Source: the human T2T-CHM13v2.0 reference genome, Homo sapiens | DNA length: 64,000 bases | Reading direction: 5' to 3' (one strand) | Assembly: GCF_009914755.1 (NCBI RefSeq) | Contig: NC_060926.1 | Part shown: in pieces, positions 28,770 to 42,869 of the stretch | Layout: every line of letters starts with the position of its first letter | How positions within the stretch are numbered: the first letter of the stretch is position 1 | The notes under the pieces: model-generated | What the model was told of the DNA's origin: nothing | The model's database searches: none | What the model saw: only the letters and a program-made list of their open reading frames with translations | Made by a program: the position numbers and the translations under genes

Positions 28770-30974
28770 CTATACAAAACCATAGAAAAATGCAATCTGA
28801 TAATTTCTTCAACATTTTGGATGATACAAAGCTGGATATGCCATCTCGATATGTGTTATAAAAGCTAGTATGCTTCAGTAGAAGCAAGTAGAAAGAATAC
28901 CCTCTAGTGTGAAAGTATACTCTTTAAATTTGCACACACACATATACACCAGAGGATTTGTTTTTATTTGAGTCTCTCTTAAATCCATGACATACATACA
29001 CTGTTGCCACTATTGGTGGCAAACTTGTTCATGTGGTTTCTCATCTTATTCCCCTGAAAGTGTTTTTAGCATTGACTAAAATCAATACTACTTTTAAGAC
29101 TGCACTATTTTCAAGGCTTTTAGAGTTTATTTTTAAAAAACAATTTAAGTAAGTCAACTTGTTTGAGAGAAAAGCTTAAACAGACATACAAAATAACAGC
29201 ACGGTATTTAACTGTTTTTCTTAACCCATGTATTTTCCTGCAGCGTATTTTCTATTTGATGAGCTGTTAGCCTTATTGGCAGTAGCTTAAATACCTGCAC
29301 CAAGCAGCCCTCATGAAGAAGAGCCAATTCTGAACATGTCTATGCACAGTAAACTGTGGCAGCTTTATGATTGTAATTTATTTTAAAAAGAGCTCTTCAG
29401 CAGGAAGAAGAATCCATTTCTAAATTGGCACATTGGCTCACTAAACTACTGCCCTAATTCATTTGACATATACTCTCCAATGCTGTTCCCTATTCATCCC
29501 TTTTTTCTAAGTTGCTATGGACTAATCTGTTAGCCCTTAGACACTGACATTCATAGTGCAGACAAAGAACTTAAAACAGTTGTTTTTTGAGTAGAAATAC
29601 TGCCCAAGGATGTTTAATTAAGGATAGGGTAACAACTCAGACAAGGCGAATCAGTTGATTAAAAACAGTGTTCTCAGGAAAGAACATAACTTATTACTTG
29701 TTGTTTATTGTTGCTTTCTCCAGTTGCACTTGTGCCAGTACTGTTTGGAAACCTAAAGCTTTCATTTCTTAGAATAACTTTACTTGTTCAGTATGCCCTG
29801 TAAAAATGATTTACTCTGATCCTTTCATTTGTATAAGATAGTCCCACTGTGTACAAAAAAATGTAGTCTCATTTATAAGGGGATCCTCTTGGCAGACACA
29901 AAAATAAGTGAGAAAGCAAGAGATGAAAGGTAGGAAAATTCAGTGCACAATTCAGTTGATGTATTTAATAACCAATAGGTTACCAATTTTGAAGAAAATG
30001 AAACATAGTGTGAAAAAATGTTTTCATGATTTGGACATGTTTAAAGAAATCAACATTCCATCCAAGTTTTGATTAACCTATAGATGGGTCAAAAAAATTG
30101 AATTGTAATCTACATTTAATAAGAAGTCCTCTGGCTATGAATAGCAAGGGATTGTGCAATTATTAGATGTTAATTTGGAAAAAAGTTTCAAGGTGAGACT
30201 GAGGAACAAGGAAACAGATCATTGTCTGCACTATATCATTAATGATGTTATCACATTGAAAAAGTATGTCCCAAGATATTATGTATAAAACATTATATTC
30301 TCTTTTAGTAACAACTAAAAAAGTGACACAAAAGTAAAAGAGTCAACAAAAAAGCAAAGAATTTCAAAAACATTCAAGGATGACCAATTCACGTAAGGGG
30401 AGTCAGAAGAATGGCACAGTGGTGGTGGTGTGGTGGAGAACCAGGTAATGAGATACAAATTGTGGTCAAAATCTTAACTTTTTGTTTGGATGATGGATTT
30501 ACAAGCACTTACTACATTATTAGAAATAACAATAAAACTAAAAAGCAGTCCAAGTATGGACCAAAGATGAAAATATGTCAGACCAAGATCCAAAATGAAA
30601 GAATTTGGCAAGAAAAAAAAAATGTTGTTGTAAATTTTGCTAAAAAACTAGCAAAACTGGTTAACGGGTTTGCCCCCAAAATTAAATATGCTAATTTGTT
30701 CTGAAATGAGTAGTCCAAAACCTGGCAGTTTTGCTCTAAGTTTCACCCTGAATTTTCATATTTGAACGCATTTAACACTCAAAACGAAACCTGGGTGTGG
30801 GAACTGTCCCACACCACATCCACCTCAATTCAGATGATTTGTCCCGAGTTCAATGAAGCTCATGTGAACTGAAAATGATGATTTTGGCAGAGTTCTGATC
30901 TAATTTCTACTTTACAATAGCCCTTTTCATGTCAAAAATTGATCTTGTTTCTACTACATCGGCAATAATAATAA

Positions 30975-31210
30975 CTGACGTATACTATGTGCTGTGTGCT
31001 GTTTTAAGGCTTTGCATTTAATAATTAATTTAATTCATCCAGAAACTCCATGAAATAGGTGTAATACCATCTTCACTGTACAGATGAGAACAGAAAGACC
31101 CAGAGATGTTAAGTAATTTCCTCAGGGTTTACATCTAGTTAGTAGAGAATGTTATTACTACTAGGAGTCTGGCTCCAGAGCCTGGCTCAACCATTACGCT
31201 ATACTACTCT
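30975..31210. mobile_element. MIR
   Basis: catcttcactgtacagatgagaacagaaagacccagagatgttaagtaatttcctcaggg...gagtctggctccagagcc. Confidence 0.7.
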
Positions 31211-31649
31211 TTGTAGAGGTATTTTGAGCATTGACTTTTTGTAAACCAGTCAGACATATTTGTAAGGTCTGCCATTGGGTAAAGACCTGATACATTTTTC
31301 CTTAATTATGTAACCAATCTGATTTTGTTTTGCTTCATGGATCTGGGTGCAACTCATCAAAATATTTCTGTGTATACATTGCTAGAAACATAAAACAAAT
31401 TCTCTAGATATCTCAATAATGCATTAATCACATAGACATTAATCTGGGCTAAAGATATACCAATAAGGTAACTTCCCCTGTTTGAACAAACTTTATAACC
31501 AAACATCCTCTTTGACCTTATATTTGAGGTTATAACCAAGATAAAAACATAATTCCATTAGATCACTGTTTCATCACGTTGATAACCATAACGGCAAAAC
31601 CATAAGTGTATTCCCAATGTATTCTTTTGAAAAACCAAACAGTTCACCC

Positions 31650-31848
31650 AAATTCAAATTCCAAGTCTGAGGGACCTAGGTTAGATCACATGTCTAGCTC
31701 CTGAGCAGGAGAGGGCAGAGTACCTGGACTGAGGGTCCCACCACAGCTACATGCAACAGGAAAGTTCTCTAAAGGTAAATGGGCACTCTTGTTATCAAGA
31801 GAAGGAGGAAGGGATGTCAGGCAGGCAAAAACAACAGATGTCTTCTAT
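31650..31848 (-). mobile_element. MLT1 (MaLR) LTR fragment
   Basis: Ends gggatgtcaggcaggcaaaaacaacagatgtcttctata, typical of an MLT1J/K/L terminus. Confidence 0.55.
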
Positions 31849-32274
31849 ATTGTTGCAAATTTTCTCCGTGTTACCCGATCTAAAAAAAAAACTTTACAGT
31901 TATCTTAGTTATTTTCTTGACAGCATTTGGCAGTGCTGACACTTGCTTTGGCTTCTGTGAAATCACTCTTTCCATGTTCCTACTCTGCTCTTACTCATCT
32001 TCATGAAATTTTTTTCCTGCTAGTGTGTTCTTGGCCTTCTTGATGTCTCACTCTGTACTTATCCGTATTGCCTTATTAAAAACTACTACGTTGGGCCACT
32101 ACATAAATTATGATGGATCCTGCATCTTTGTTTCCTACTCAGACCCCTCTCAAGAGCTTGAGATCTATATATTTAACATCTTCCTAGACAGTTTTATTTG
32201 CCTATTTCATGGAGACATAAAAGAATATAGTAAAAGAAGTAAAATCTCCATTTACCTTTCTTTCTTCTATTTTC

Positions 32275-32330
32275 CTAATTACCATATCACTGAATGACAC
32301 TACTAATTACCATATCACTGAATGACACTA
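32275..32330. repeat. Perfect 28-bp tandem duplication inside an L2
   Basis: ctaattaccatatcactgaatgacacta twice (32275-32302, 32303-32330). Confidence 0.95.
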
Positions 32331-33051
32331 CTATTTACTCCATCAGCCATGCTGGTCACCTGTGGAAAATCCTAGATTTCTTCCTTTCATCCAGTCTTCT
32401 GCCTCTCCTCCTCCCTACCACATCTCTTTACAAACACACATGGAGGTACCCCAAGTGTTTTAGATGCTACATTGGTAGTTGTTCACATATGTTGTTCTTT
32501 CTGCAGGAAACACCCTTCTCCATTTATTAGTTCACATTTTTGCTTTTTAAAACTAAGCTCAATCCCGGGAAATTCCTCTTGGATGTTCTGCTGATTTAGG
32601 TATGTCCTCTCTGTCTCCATAATGCTTATCACATAGTACTATAATTGTTGTTTTACTGGTCTATCTTCCAATAGCTGGTAAATAACCTCAGGGGTTGCAT
32701 TCTGTTGTATTTGTGTCTCTAATACCTTTTATGATACAAGAGAGATATAATATTCAATGGATGTTCACTGAATGATGTCACCCAATAGAAATAAGTCAAA
32801 AAAGCTTATTCCAAAGTTTGGGGGTGCCCAATAATGCCTCTATACTGTGAAAAAGAACCTCCCTTTCCTAAACAATTCAAAGCATAAACCTAACAATATA
32901 TATAGATTTTAAGCTGGCTATCCTTCTGCTTTGCACTTTCATTTTTGTCTTTAGGTTTAGGTAAAACAGGTAATAACATAGTTTGATTTTAAAGCTTTTC
33001 CTTCAAGCTAAGCAGACTTGAAAAAGCAACATAAAGATAATATTGAACAAG

Positions 33052-33180
33052 ATAATCTGCCATAAAACCTAATTAAATAAGATAAATAATCTGCCCTAAA
33101 ACCCAATAAAATAAATAAGCTCATCAAACCCAATTAAATAATTTAATTATATAAATAATCTGTCATAAAACTCAATTATT
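33052..33180. repeat. Degenerate minisatellite, about four copies of a 29-38 bp unit
   Basis: Recurring ataatctgccataaaacc(t/c)aattaaata-like unit. Confidence 0.75.
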
Positions 33181-35578
33181 ATTTCCAAAACTATGAGTCA
33201 TGATATTCCTCCTTTTTCCTCAAACTCAATCAACTTTTCTAAGACCATTTTATTCTACCTCCTAAATATGTCTTCAATATTTCACCTTGTTCTCTTCTGC
33301 AGTTGCCTCTTCATCTTTTTCTTTTTGGCATTGTCATTTCCAGTCTCTCCTCACACCATACCCCCTGCCCCAGGTAGGCATTTATCATGTATCCTCATTG
33401 GAGACATTTTTCTTGATTTGATTACCTCATTAATAACAAATTTGGTTACCCTAGTGGCCCCCCATCAGTTACACAATGAAATTCAAACACTAGCTTAGCA
33501 GAGAAGACTCTGTCTTTGCATCACAACCTACTAATTCAGAAGCTTCATTTCCTACCACTCCTTAAACTGCAGTTACACTCAACATCAGGGAAGCTGTTAA
33601 TTATCTTTTATATCTCCAAGCCTCTTTTTCTCCTTGAATATACATTCTCTGTATCCTGCCTGATATATGCAATTTTTACTCATCCCTCATGTTTGGATTG
33701 AACACTCCTGCATGTAAGAAGCCTCTCTTGACTTTTCCAGAGTTAGGTTAATTCTACATCTATGTTCCCAGAGAACTGTGTATGCATCCTTATTAGAGCT
33801 TTTGTTTCATTTTATTTTATTTTTTTAAAGTATGTATTTCCTACCAGACTATAAAGTAAGTGTATTAAAAGACTGGGTCCATTTATTTTTATACCCCAGA
33901 ATGTTCTATATAACTTGGCACATAGTAAGCTCTTGATAAATGTTTTCTGAGTAAAGTGAAAATGCCTCTTTTCCTTTAAAAAATTCCATACTAGAAGAAC
34001 AACACAGGGAAAAACATGTTTTAGAAAAGAAAGACTAGGAAATATAACTATGTCAGATATTTTTTAAAAACAAGTAATAGTTAAATCATTTCATGGAGCT
34101 AATGGCAACCAAAATGACAGCAACTCTCATATCTACCACAAAAAAGGAAAACAAATAAATAACATACAGCAAGAGAAGGGAATAGATATAAGTTTCATCA
34201 TGGTTCTGTTTAAAAAGAGACATATGCCAAGCTATTTATATGAGACGTATGTTAATGATGAACTCTAGCAGCATTTTACAGAACCATGTTTTTCTCTTAC
34301 AGTATTTATCAACTCCTACCTCGTATGGCCAATTTCCCATTAGGCATGTTAACAACAGATAGAGGAGATTAAGGATAATCTCAAATTATTGTTATAACAA
34401 ACCCAGAAAAAGTATGGTATGAAATGGCATGAATGTAAACTTATGTGGTTAAAATGATATCCAGTATTTAAGAATATTTGTTTCTATAAATGGTATCAGA
34501 AGCTACCCTCAATCCCTTCTCCTCTTTGGTTTTACCCTCTGCTCTACCTACCCAGTGCCCCTACCCCTTTCCCACTTTCCCCCACTTGGTTCCAGCTTCA
34601 GCACCACCTGTAAAGGGCCTGTGCCTACGGAGGGCTAAGCAATCTGGGGAATAGGGGGTAAGACTGAGGCCCCAGTTGTTTAGGGGACATATCTTTGCTT
34701 CTCTCAAAATATACTTGTTTAAATTTTTCGTTAGCATTTGATTCTCTAAAAGTTCAATCTGCCAACAGATAATTCAATGTTGATTATAATAATTTATTTA
34801 CATTTTACCTCCCTATTACCATATAGTCTTTTAGGAGTATGTATGCAATACAGAATTCCATAAATAACTAGGAATGCAAAAATAATAAATAAAGTTGGAA
34901 ATGCATAACGCCATCAAATGTCAGAACTGCAATGGGAGAATATAATATAGAAAAACTAGTAGCAATGCCATAAGGTGTTTTGGGGAAGATTTGGTATTCC
35001 CCCAAGCTTCCATCAGCTTCCAGCCTCAATTTACCCTTAAATCCATCAATTTAAATAGTAACAGTGTATTTGGTCAGCAAATGAAACTTCTAATGCTTAA
35101 GTTACTGCTGGTAAATAACAAATTTATAGGGAATAGCACATTTACTGTTATTCAGTTATTTAATGTTCTCAAATGTTAACAGTAAAGCAAACCATTTATT
35201 GGGCATTTATTACATATCCAGTCACATTTAATCCTCAAACCCAGCCTATGAGTGACACACCCAGACACGAAGTAGCCAGAGCAGGTTTGGCAGACTCCGA
35301 GACGCACCATTTTGTAATCTCTATGTTCCAGATCCTATGCTATCATCATCAGCCCAGGTAATGCAAGCTTGAAATATCAAATTTACCAAGACTTGATACA
35401 CAGATAGGTTTGTAAAAAATGTTAATGATGATAATATAAAAATAAATGGACTTGATCACAAATCAATAGAATTAGATTCTTTAGATTATAGAAACTAGAA
35501 GGAAATGCTTCAGTTGTTCAGGATAACAAGAAAATTTTAAATTAAAAAAATTCCCAACTCAACAACACATAATCACTA

Positions 35579-36164
<586 letters not shown>

Positions 36165-36478
36165 TTAGTAAGACAAGATAGACATTACAAATCTTAAGAA
36201 CTGAAATTCATTATTTTCCTATATAAGGCTGATTATTAAAATTAACTTTTCAGGAACAGAGAATTATTCATTGATAAACCTTAGGGATTGCCTTCCTACC
36301 TGCCGTAGTGTATTTAGAGATCAGGATGTTTTGCTTGGAGAATGTTTTTTGTGGAGAGAGATGGTGTCTAATGTTGGTCTAGATTGTTTTGCACATTGTA
36401 GAAAGCAAAATCAGTAATTTCTCATAAAAATTAAAGGGCCGATTGGAGAAATTTCAAATTATATGACTGATCACTTAC

Positions 36479-36555
36479 CTGAGATGAAAATATTCAAATA
36501 ACCAATTCATTCTTTTAGGCAGCCTACAGACTAATGTGGAATCAGCTCTAACTAT
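36479..36555 (-). other. IKZF2: Candidate alternative (poison) cassette exon of IKZF2, 77 nt
   Basis: Acceptor tcttctttttcatttttctaacCAG and perfect donor CAG|GTAAGT. Joined after ZF4 it reads GAT AGT TAG (D-S-stop). Confidence 0.7.
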
Positions 36556-36822
36556 CTGGTTAGAAAAATGAAAAAGAAGAGTAAATAGTACCTTCCTTTG
36601 GTATATGAAAGGTTGGTTGTCATTATTATGCTAATTCAAACATTATCAGAAATAATTTGGGAGTATTGCAAAATTTCAATACAGATTATTTGCAATGTAT
36701 CCCAAAGCTCAACTCATTTAAGTTAAAGTGATCTAAAATAGTTTTAAACAGCATAAGATTTTATCTTCATGTTGAACTACAAAAGCAGTAGGGGGAAATA
36801 AAAATGATGAATCCAGTTTCTA

Positions 36823-36978
<156 letters not shown>

Positions 36979-39900
36979 TCAAGGTCAGTGTGCTGTTAGT
37001 CTCATCAACATTCAAAGCAAAATCAATAGCTAACTTTTGATAGTCTGGAGGAAGCACTCATATAATTTTCAGACTTAAATCTCTTCCTCCTTTACATTCC
37101 AATTTTGGTAAGAAAAGATAATACATTTCTACCAAGACAAAGACAAGAAGACAGGTGGATCGTACCTCTGGCAACAGGGGAAATACTGAATCAAATTATT
37201 GCTCTGACTGTATTCTAGACCTTGAGGGCCTGGTGATCAGTCTTCAAATTATCTCACTCTTAATACACTGACTCTCAGCTTTGACTCATTCAAGACAAAT
37301 CAGGAGTATCCTAGATACATCAAGAGTTGTGGTTTTTTTTTGTTTGTTTTCTTTTCGGGTAAGGGCAGAGAATTTTACAGAAGAAAACTTAAAATGCAAC
37401 AACTTGAAATGTCACAGTTTAATAAAGAGATTATTCTTGGGTACCAAGAAGATTAAAAAGAACTCAAGTGGTGAGAAAAAGTACAGATGAAAGTAGAGTT
37501 TCCTTTCCTTTCACCTTGGTAACAACTATTCACACATGCAAAATTTTGTGGCAGGTAAGTATATTCTCCCTCATCAGCTTTTATAATACCAAGAATTAAC
37601 CTACTAGGTGCTTTGAGTCAGGATTATTACACAATATGTAGTTACAAAATGACAGTAATATTTTCCAAAACATCTCACATTAAGGAAATGAATTATTCCC
37701 TAATAGCTAGGGAGCCATTATCTCAGTGTCATTATCTCAATACATCTGTTAAAATACTAAGATGTTCAGTTAAAAAAAACCTTAAAAAACAAAGAAGAAA
37801 AATATAATCTCTATGGAAAGAAGCATGTTTTAATGCATGACTCTTCATAAGGACATCACAGAGCACTTTGACTCTTGGTTTTGAATGAATACAGAACAAC
37901 ATAAAACCCCAGGTGGTCTGTGCCAAAGCCCTCAATAGTAAAGCACCGTGTGATCCAGGCCCGTGTCTCTATTTGACTCCCAGAGGAATTATTTAGTTTT
38001 GCTCAGAGAATAACAGACAACTCTTTTTCATGACCAAAGATAGCATCCCTAACTCCAGTTAACTTATAAACCCATGCTATGACACTGGTCACAAGAGGAA
38101 CTGAAATACTATAACAAGGCAAGGTATTCATGGCTGCCTGAAAGTTTCACTGTACTGATGAAAAAGAAAGCTACACCAAACCTTTAGATTGTAATTGAGG
38201 TACACATAAATTAAGATCAGTTATTTCATAATCATAATTGTTTGTAAACTATCATAAAAGTTATTTATGGAGTGATTATTCATTTTTTTAAAAATGCTTG
38301 GCAAACCAGCTTCTATTTTTTGGAACCATGGATTTCTGGGAAGTAGCTGAGAATACTGTGCAGAACTTGTATCACCATGTGACAGCATTAAAAATACAAA
38401 AAATAAGTTTTGCTGAAATCATCTAGTGTAAATACTATAAATAAATTTACATGTAATTATGTTCCAAGATATGGGACTACATAACAAAAAGTATCTGTTT
38501 ACTATTAGCATTACTCAGTTTTGGGTTCTTCTGTAATATTTCTCTAGAAATAGTAATGAATTTATACTGAACAAGTTTATTAACCAATTAATACTTATTA
38601 AGCACTTACATTGAAGCTAATAGCCCGCTGTAAACTACTTCAGTCATTTCCGGGTCTTCCCTGGTATTAGTCCCATCACATTATGATGCCTCTGTTGTAC
38701 TATGAGCATATTCTCCTATACTTTCTTCCCCTTATTTCTGTAAGCAATCATTATACCTTCTCAATTTAATTGAAACATGGTTTTTCATTCTATTCCCCTT
38801 GGCTCACAACCCTCTAAAAGTCCCAACTCACCTGATAAGAAGGAAGAGACATGTAGTTTTTATGTTTTCTACTCACTTTTTACTACTCTCATTACTATCC
38901 CATCTGCTTTATTTCAGCTTCTCCCATTTTGTCCTCTATTTTAAAGCATCACTCCTTCCTCTTCATCCCATCATTGAGTCCAACAGGGATCTGAGTTGGG
39001 CTTTGTTCTAAATGTATAACCCTAATTTTCCCAACTCTTCATCTCCATTCTATTCCAGCAACCCAATTATTAGGTGACATGTTGGATTTGGACATTTCTT
39101 AAAACTATTCTATTTCCAATAAATTTGCTCTGGAGACAATCTATCCTTTTACCTCTCTCATTCATTCAATAACAGACTACTATGTACCAATGCTCATGAG
39201 GCTAAAATGTAAAGTGGAAAACAAATTCCCATGGTGCCTATCCGTATGCAACTGACAGTCTGGTGAGGCAGACAGACATTTAAAAAATACACAAGCAATG
39301 TATTACAAATTGTGGGCAGTTGCATGGAGCAAAAGAATGGTGGTGTAGTATAACATGGGGAAACTAGTTTGAAAAGGTTGAACAAGAAGGTCTGTTTGAA
39401 GTAGGAACATTTCAGGTGACAACTGAAGAAAAAGTAGTCATTATATAATTGGGGAGTGAGGGTGGAAAGGCAGGATTTCAGGATTTCTGAGACCTGTAGT
39501 CATTTATTTTCCTCTATATACTTAGCTCCTTCAAAGTCTACATTCTGCCCTTACTACTCCTTTGAAAATTGTTTTCAGACATTGCCAACAATCCCTGCAA
39601 ATTCAATGGCTCTGCTATCTCCACAAGACCATTTTCTATCCATTTCATACTATTTCTTAAAAATAAAGTTCATAAAAATATTGTTTATACTTACTCCCTA
39701 TACATGTGTTTATCTGTACATGAGTTTATCTTTAAAGTAATACATAATTAATACATATAACATATATATTCATATAAAAGGACCAATATTTCACTACCTT
39801 TATTTTTATAATAGTTATTATTATTATTACTTCATATTGTTACCAACTGAAGCGGACTTTTTCTGCTATTATTGAAACATTTTTGAAAAGTCAGTGGTCT

Positions 39901-42869
39901 CTGAATCACTAAATCCATAGGCTTTTATTAATCCTCTGTCTTCCTAATCTCTTGGCCACTATCAAGCTTTCTTGTGTCTTGGGTCTCCTGTTTTAGCGTC
40001 TGAGATCAGATCCTACATTCGCCCTCACTGCTTCTCAGTTTTTTCCTAACTTGCAAATATGTTATATGCATCCCTTCAGATATTGTTCTCAGTACAATGT
40101 TCTCCCTCTTTGCTCTCTAAATGAAGTGCTCATTTTTATGAAACATCCACATCAGGTCAAGAATAATTTCCCATGTTTGTAAGCTCCAACTGGCCATGTA
40201 CATCTTTCAATGTCTGAGTGAATCCCTTCCCTACAACCAAAACGAAGAGCATCAGGACATAGCTGTCTCCTCTGCTCTCACAGAACTCTGTTCGTACTCT
40301 GTTGATGCATTACTTATAACAACTGTGTTGTAATTAACCATCGGATACCTATTTATTTCCCTAGTCCAAACGATGAGCTTCATGAGGAGAGAGATCTTGT
40401 TTTACTCAATTTTAAATTGATAATACATATCGAGTTATTAAACACAGGAGACAATATGTATTTGCTGAATGACTACTTCAAATCCATACTTGCAACTGCC
40501 TTTTGAGTCTTGCCTCATGGATATTCCCCCAAAACCAAATCAAACATTCAAGATACCCAAAACTATCTTCCTCCACAAAACTCCCTCTTTGTTCTGACTG
40601 CCCTTCTTTGCTAGTGTTACCACTGTTCTAATACTCAAGATTCACAACAATGCACCCACTTCTGTTACCTTCTACCTCTTTTCCTACTTCCAAATAGCTG
40701 CTAAATTCTATATACTGGACTCGTAAAATGATTCTCAAGTTGATCCCTTCTTTTCATTCTCACAATCAACGTCCTAGTTCAGGCCTTCATTATTGCTCAC
40801 CTGGGCCTGGCATAATAGACTTCAAATAGGCTTTCTCTTCCCGTGTGTAATTATTTTATTCCTCTCTCCAACAACTTTCAATAACTGTTAAGTTTTATTG
40901 AACTAAGTTGAAATCCCTTTACCTGGCATTCAGCACCCTATACCATCTGGTCCCAAAGCACACATCCCACTCCTACCCCAGGCCCCAGTCAAAATTACTT
41001 TACACCTACACTTCTGAGTTTTGTTTGTTGCTGTAATTGCCTCACATGATTTCTACCTCTTGAAATCCTCCACATCCCTCCACTTCCAACCTCCTTAACT
41101 CTGTTCCATTTTAACGTGATCTTTCTCACTAAAGAACTATTCCTGTATTGACCCTCATGCTTAGAACACTTCCAACACTCTATCATTCTATCTTATATTA
41201 TCTGTGACTTTTATACTGGTATTTACACACTAATTTTCATCTCCATGTTAGATCTTGACCTTTTTGAGAAATTATAACAATATCTTATGTGTCTTTGTAA
41301 CTTCCGAAGAGTTTAGCAGGGTGCTTTGCTCATAGAAAGAACTAATAAGTGGAGTTTTTATGAATGATATAATTTCCAAACTCTTTAAATAGCTTTTTCT
41401 CATTAGTTTTTCTTAAATCTCTTTCTAATTTCAAATGTAAAATATTCATATAAAATTTTTTTAATCACCAGTAAAATCCATAATTATATCATTTAGAAAT
41501 AACTGTCTTTGGTATTTCTGTATTATCCTCTTGCATTTTTTTAATGCATGCAAAGATAAATTTTGGTATGAAAATGAGTTATTTTATACACTGTTATTTT
41601 ATAACCTGCTTATTTTACTGAACAATATATTTTGAACATTTCCCCATTATTATGAAATGATATTTTTGTTGCTGCTGTTAGGTAACACTTTCTCCCAGAT
41701 TCTAGATTTATGGTAATGCTGAATTATTCAGTTTGCTCAGCATTCTGAGTCCTTTTCTTTTATTACGTTAATGATTATTTTTCTTTTTACCATAGTTAGA
41801 TATGCCCATAAAAAAAATCAAATAGTCCCAAGTGGCATTTAATGAAATACATAGTCTCTTCCCCATGCTGCCCTACCTGCCCCCAAGCAATCTAATCAAA
41901 ATCCCAAAAAGCAACCATTTTCAGCTCCTTCTTTTGGTGATTATATTCATATTTCTAAATAATATGTGGGTTATTTTTATTCATCAGGTTTAGAGATAAT
42001 CTATTGCTTCTCTGTCCTGGTAGTTAAGGATTCAGCTCTCTTACAAACACCCTCTCAATTCTCACTTCTGTGGTCTTTCAATAGTTACATAATCATTTCT
42101 GATTAATAGTATAGAAATGGAAATTTCCAGTAGTCATAGAAATATTAATCATAACATACTATTTGGCTCAACAGTGATTACATTTCCTTTTTTGTGCAGC
42201 TTTTAATTTTTCCTAGAGTTAATAATCGTCTCACTTTTTATTTTGCTTGTGTTTCTGTATCCAGTGCCACTTACCCCCTCCTCTGAGGTTCTCACACCTT
42301 ACTGATAACTCAGAGTCCAGAACAATGTCATAGGTCCTTGCCAGTCTCACTTTCCTCTTGCCTTCTCACAACCATTGGCACCCCTTTCTCCAGTTGGAAC
42401 TGATGGTACCCTGGGTTTATTACAGAGTTGTTATCCAGAACTTTCCTTTGTCCCCCTCATGATTAGTCTTCTGCTGCCTGAATCCCATGTTTTCCTCTTC
42501 GTTGGGTTTAGAATTTCCAGGTTGAAACTCATTTTCTCTTAACATTTTGAAGCCTTTTTTTCACTGGGCTACTAACCTCCAAAGTTTCTTTTTAAAAGTA
42601 TTATATAAATATAGCTTTATATGTGGCCTGTTTGTCTGAAAGCTCTTAGTAACTTCAGTTTGTCCTTGATGTTCTGAAATTCTGAAATATGAGCGTATGT
42701 CTCTGGTCTAAAGTCTCTAATTTGGATGTTTGTCCCTTACCTCTCAAGAAATATGTGTCTGTACTATATATAATAAGTATATACTAGTTCACATATTGCA
42801 GAATATTTACATATATACAGATAAAACATATAAATATGTGTTTAACATCGATTCACATAATTACTATAG

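Noticed and set aside
28588-28887. 99-aa ORF as a standalone gene
   Set aside because: Only 28626-28769 is bounded by splice sites and Helios-like; the flanks are intron.
33052-33180. Spaced repeats resembling a CRISPR array
   Set aside because: Degenerate AT-rich minisatellite without unique spacers or cas genes, in a mammalian intron.
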